Origin: Octopus sinensis
Taxonomy: Eukaryota
Assembly (NCBI RefSeq): GCF_006345805.1
Contig: NC_043015.1
Span: 16,678,001-16,742,000 of the forward strand
Direction of reading: 5' to 3'
Length of the DNA stretch: 64,000 nucleotides
The position numbers were made by a program, and so were the translations under genes. Shown here piece after piece: positions 61,592 through 64,000 of this stretch. The notes under the pieces are model-generated. The model worked only from the letters and a program-made list of their open reading frames with translations, was not told where the DNA came from and ran no database searches. Every line of letters begins with the position of its first letter. The first letter of the stretch is position 1.

Positions 61592-61732
61592 TAAGGTTGT
61601 CCCAAAAGTTCGTAGAAAGTCTTGGAAAATAATGGTCTTTATTTTGAGGAATAATTTTTGTTGTTTTTGTTAGTACTTGGCGAGTAAAAATTCAATTTTC
61701 GCAAGTGTTTACGAACTTTTGGGACAACCTAA
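61592..61732. mobile_element. mariner-type MITE (141 bp)
   Basis: TIR AGGTTGTCCCAAAAGTTCGTA / TACGAACTTTTGGGACAACCT; TA TSDs. Confidence 0.85.
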
Positions 61733-62207
61733 TATATACAAGATCTACACAGATATAAGAATTAGAACTTGTGATCCGCCCATAGACCTCTTTTTTTTCT
61801 CTTGTGTAGAAAGTTTCCTCACCCTTGGTCAAGATGAATACCTATTTCTTTATTACCCACAAGGGGCTAAACATAGAGGGGACAAACAAGGACAGACATA
61901 GGTATTAAGTTGATTACATTGACCCCAGTGTGTAACTGGTACTTAATTTATCGACCCCGAAAGGATGAAAGGTAAAGTCAACCTCGGCGGAATTTGAACT
62001 CACAACGTAACGGCAGACGAAACCGTGTGCATCAACTTCATACATTTCTGTAAACCAAACTTCAAGCTCTGAGAATCTTATTTACTTTAATGGCATATTA
62101 TGGACATGATTACTTTGTGCAGTATATTCATCCGTTTTCAAGATATCGTCAGTTAAAATTTGGAAGATTTAGTAGTTAATTTTTGTAGGTTGAGCGATCA
62201 TGTAGAG

Positions 62208-62432
62208 CAGTACTGCCTCCTTGGGGGTGGTAGATAGATCCAGTGGGGCGTTGAAGAAAAGTGGGATGATAATGGGGTAATAAATGTAAAAAAATATTAA
62301 TAGGTAAATTAGGTTTAAGTTTTATTTGTGAAATACAGTTGTTTTGAATTTGCTGCAGAAAGTGGTCTATATATTTACGTTGTGTGGGTGGTGTGCTAGG
62401 AATATGGCCTGAAAAAAGTTTGGGAACTACTG
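62208..62432. mobile_element. hAT (Charlie-like) MITE
   Basis: CAGTA...TACTG termini; 8-bp TSD ATGTAGAG at 62200-62207 and 62433-62440. Confidence 0.8.
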
Positions 62433-63161
62433 ATGTAGAGGTTCTTTCCTTTGCTCACACAGTTTTAAATCCATTTAAAAGGCAAGGTTATTTGGAACAC
62501 AGTTCACAAAAGTACTTATTTTTGCAACATGTTTATCTTGATAAATTTAATATATTTTTATAGCTATGTATGTAAACAACAAATTGTATAACTATGTTCT
62601 ACAAGGACCTAGAATATTCACAAAAAAATGTAATTTTTGTGACCCAGGACATTCATATTTGCATATTTCGGCATGAACTGGCGTTGTCAATTTGGGGTAT
62701 ACAAAATCTTTTGACAACAAACAAAAACCGCACAACAGCACACTTTGAATCATTACAGTTGTACACAGCCTCCCTAAGACAACAAAATAATACTAAAACT
62801 CAAAAACCACCTGGGTATGTGAAAAGTACAATTTGTGGCTGCAGCAACCCCAGGCTTAGTTTCTACAACTACACATCCAAAACATCAGAAAACATTTACA
62901 AAACCACATATACTTCGACTCAAGCCAAGACAAAAGCTTACACATAGAAATAGCTGCAATATCCATAACCCCAAACATAATGTGATGTAAAGTAAAACAA
63001 AAATAAAATCTTTCTCGAAAACGTTTTGCTTTACTCCATCCTCATTTCAAACAATAATCTTAATTATTTGGACCTATACAACAGCTACTAAAAAGACAAT
63101 GAATAAGAAATGATCCGTGTAGTTACAATTAATTTACTATCCAACAAAAATATTCAATTAC

Positions 63162-63989
63162 TTATTTCTCATGTGCTCAATTTTTGCTCTTAAATCGGAG
63201 AAAGACTCCCTAAAGTCAGGTTTTTTCTTCAGATTAACTCGAGAAACTTGTTTTCTGCTTTCTCTTTCGTGCTCACCTTGAAGAAGGTAGGTAATGTTGT
63301 TTAACAAGTGTTTGCTATTCCTATTTTGCAGAAAACTTTCTTTTACATCAGCTTGAACAGGTTTCCATTCCAAAATGTTTTCAGTGTTGTTCTGTGCTAA
63401 TGGACGTTTCAATAAAGTAGCTACTTCACTGAATTTAGTTATAGTGATCTTTTGTAGCTCAGACCGTTTGTTTGGTTTATCCTCGATTATAAAAGGACCC
63501 TTGAGAAACTGAACTGCTTTCTTTTCAAAGTCTTTTATTGCTTCATTAATTCTTTGTGCAGAGCCATAAAATGACATTACTTTATAATCTGTTAGTCGTC
63601 TTTGTAATCGCTGTGGAAGTGGGAAATGACGCGAATGATTCAGTGTTAGACGGTCGTCAGAACAAGTGATTGAAGGAATATCAAATACTTTGCTTCTCAA
63701 TATGATGTGGTCTTCTTCAAAGAAAATATTAAAAAAGATGTCCTGTTCACCAACATCCACCGAATTTATCCCCTTCGAATTTCCCAACAATCTAAACGTT
63801 TTACTATTGCAGTTTAGCATTGATCCAAGTTTCAAAAGAGTATCGATCTTGTGACTACTTTGAGAAAGATTTCCCTTAGCTTCATACAAAGTATTTGTGA
63901 TACTGAAACACGTCCAGCGTAAAAGCATAGATTCACTGTCGTTAAGATCATGTTTTCGGGCCACACTTCTACACAATAACATTACTTGA
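63162..63989 (-). CDS. Large coding exon of an unidentified gene convergent with KRI1 (about 275 aa, hypothetical protein)
   Basis: A non-repetitive open frame of more than 800 nt in AT-rich DNA, with normal protein composition. Candidate acceptor TTCATTTACAG at 63990-64000, although the frame also stays open to the window edge. Candidate donor GTAATT at 63161; otherwise a stop at 63158-63160. Confidence 0.75.
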
Positions 63990-64000
63990 CTGTAAATGAA

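Overview
AT-rich, repeat-dense animal genomic DNA. The SINE, RTE and Penelope repertoire points to a cephalopod, probably Octopus (inference). Most of the window is one 18-exon + strand gene for the 40S ribosome-biogenesis factor KRI1. It runs from ATG 9837 to TAA 59337 and gives a 2121-nt CDS of 706 aa; all introns are GT-AG and phase-consistent by hand translation. The 3' part of an unidentified convergent - strand gene lies at the right end (large exon 63162-63989, probable last exon 61361-61424). Introns and flanks hold Penelope-like retroelements (one with a minimal hammerhead-ribozyme motif), RTE and other LINE relics, and three tRNA-type SINE families. DNA elements include two near-identical piggyBac derivatives, a nested Helitron cluster with a Pif1 fragment and a ~165-bp tandem array, Merlin-like foldback elements around the first coding exon, and mariner and hAT MITEs. 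I found no CRISPR, rRNA or true tRNA genes. I cannot demonstrate a wholly new biological system. The best leads are the hammerhead motif, the promoter foldback, a duplicated KRI1 coding fragment facing the convergent gene, and several dsRNA-forming inverted repeats in the KRI1 pre-mRNA.
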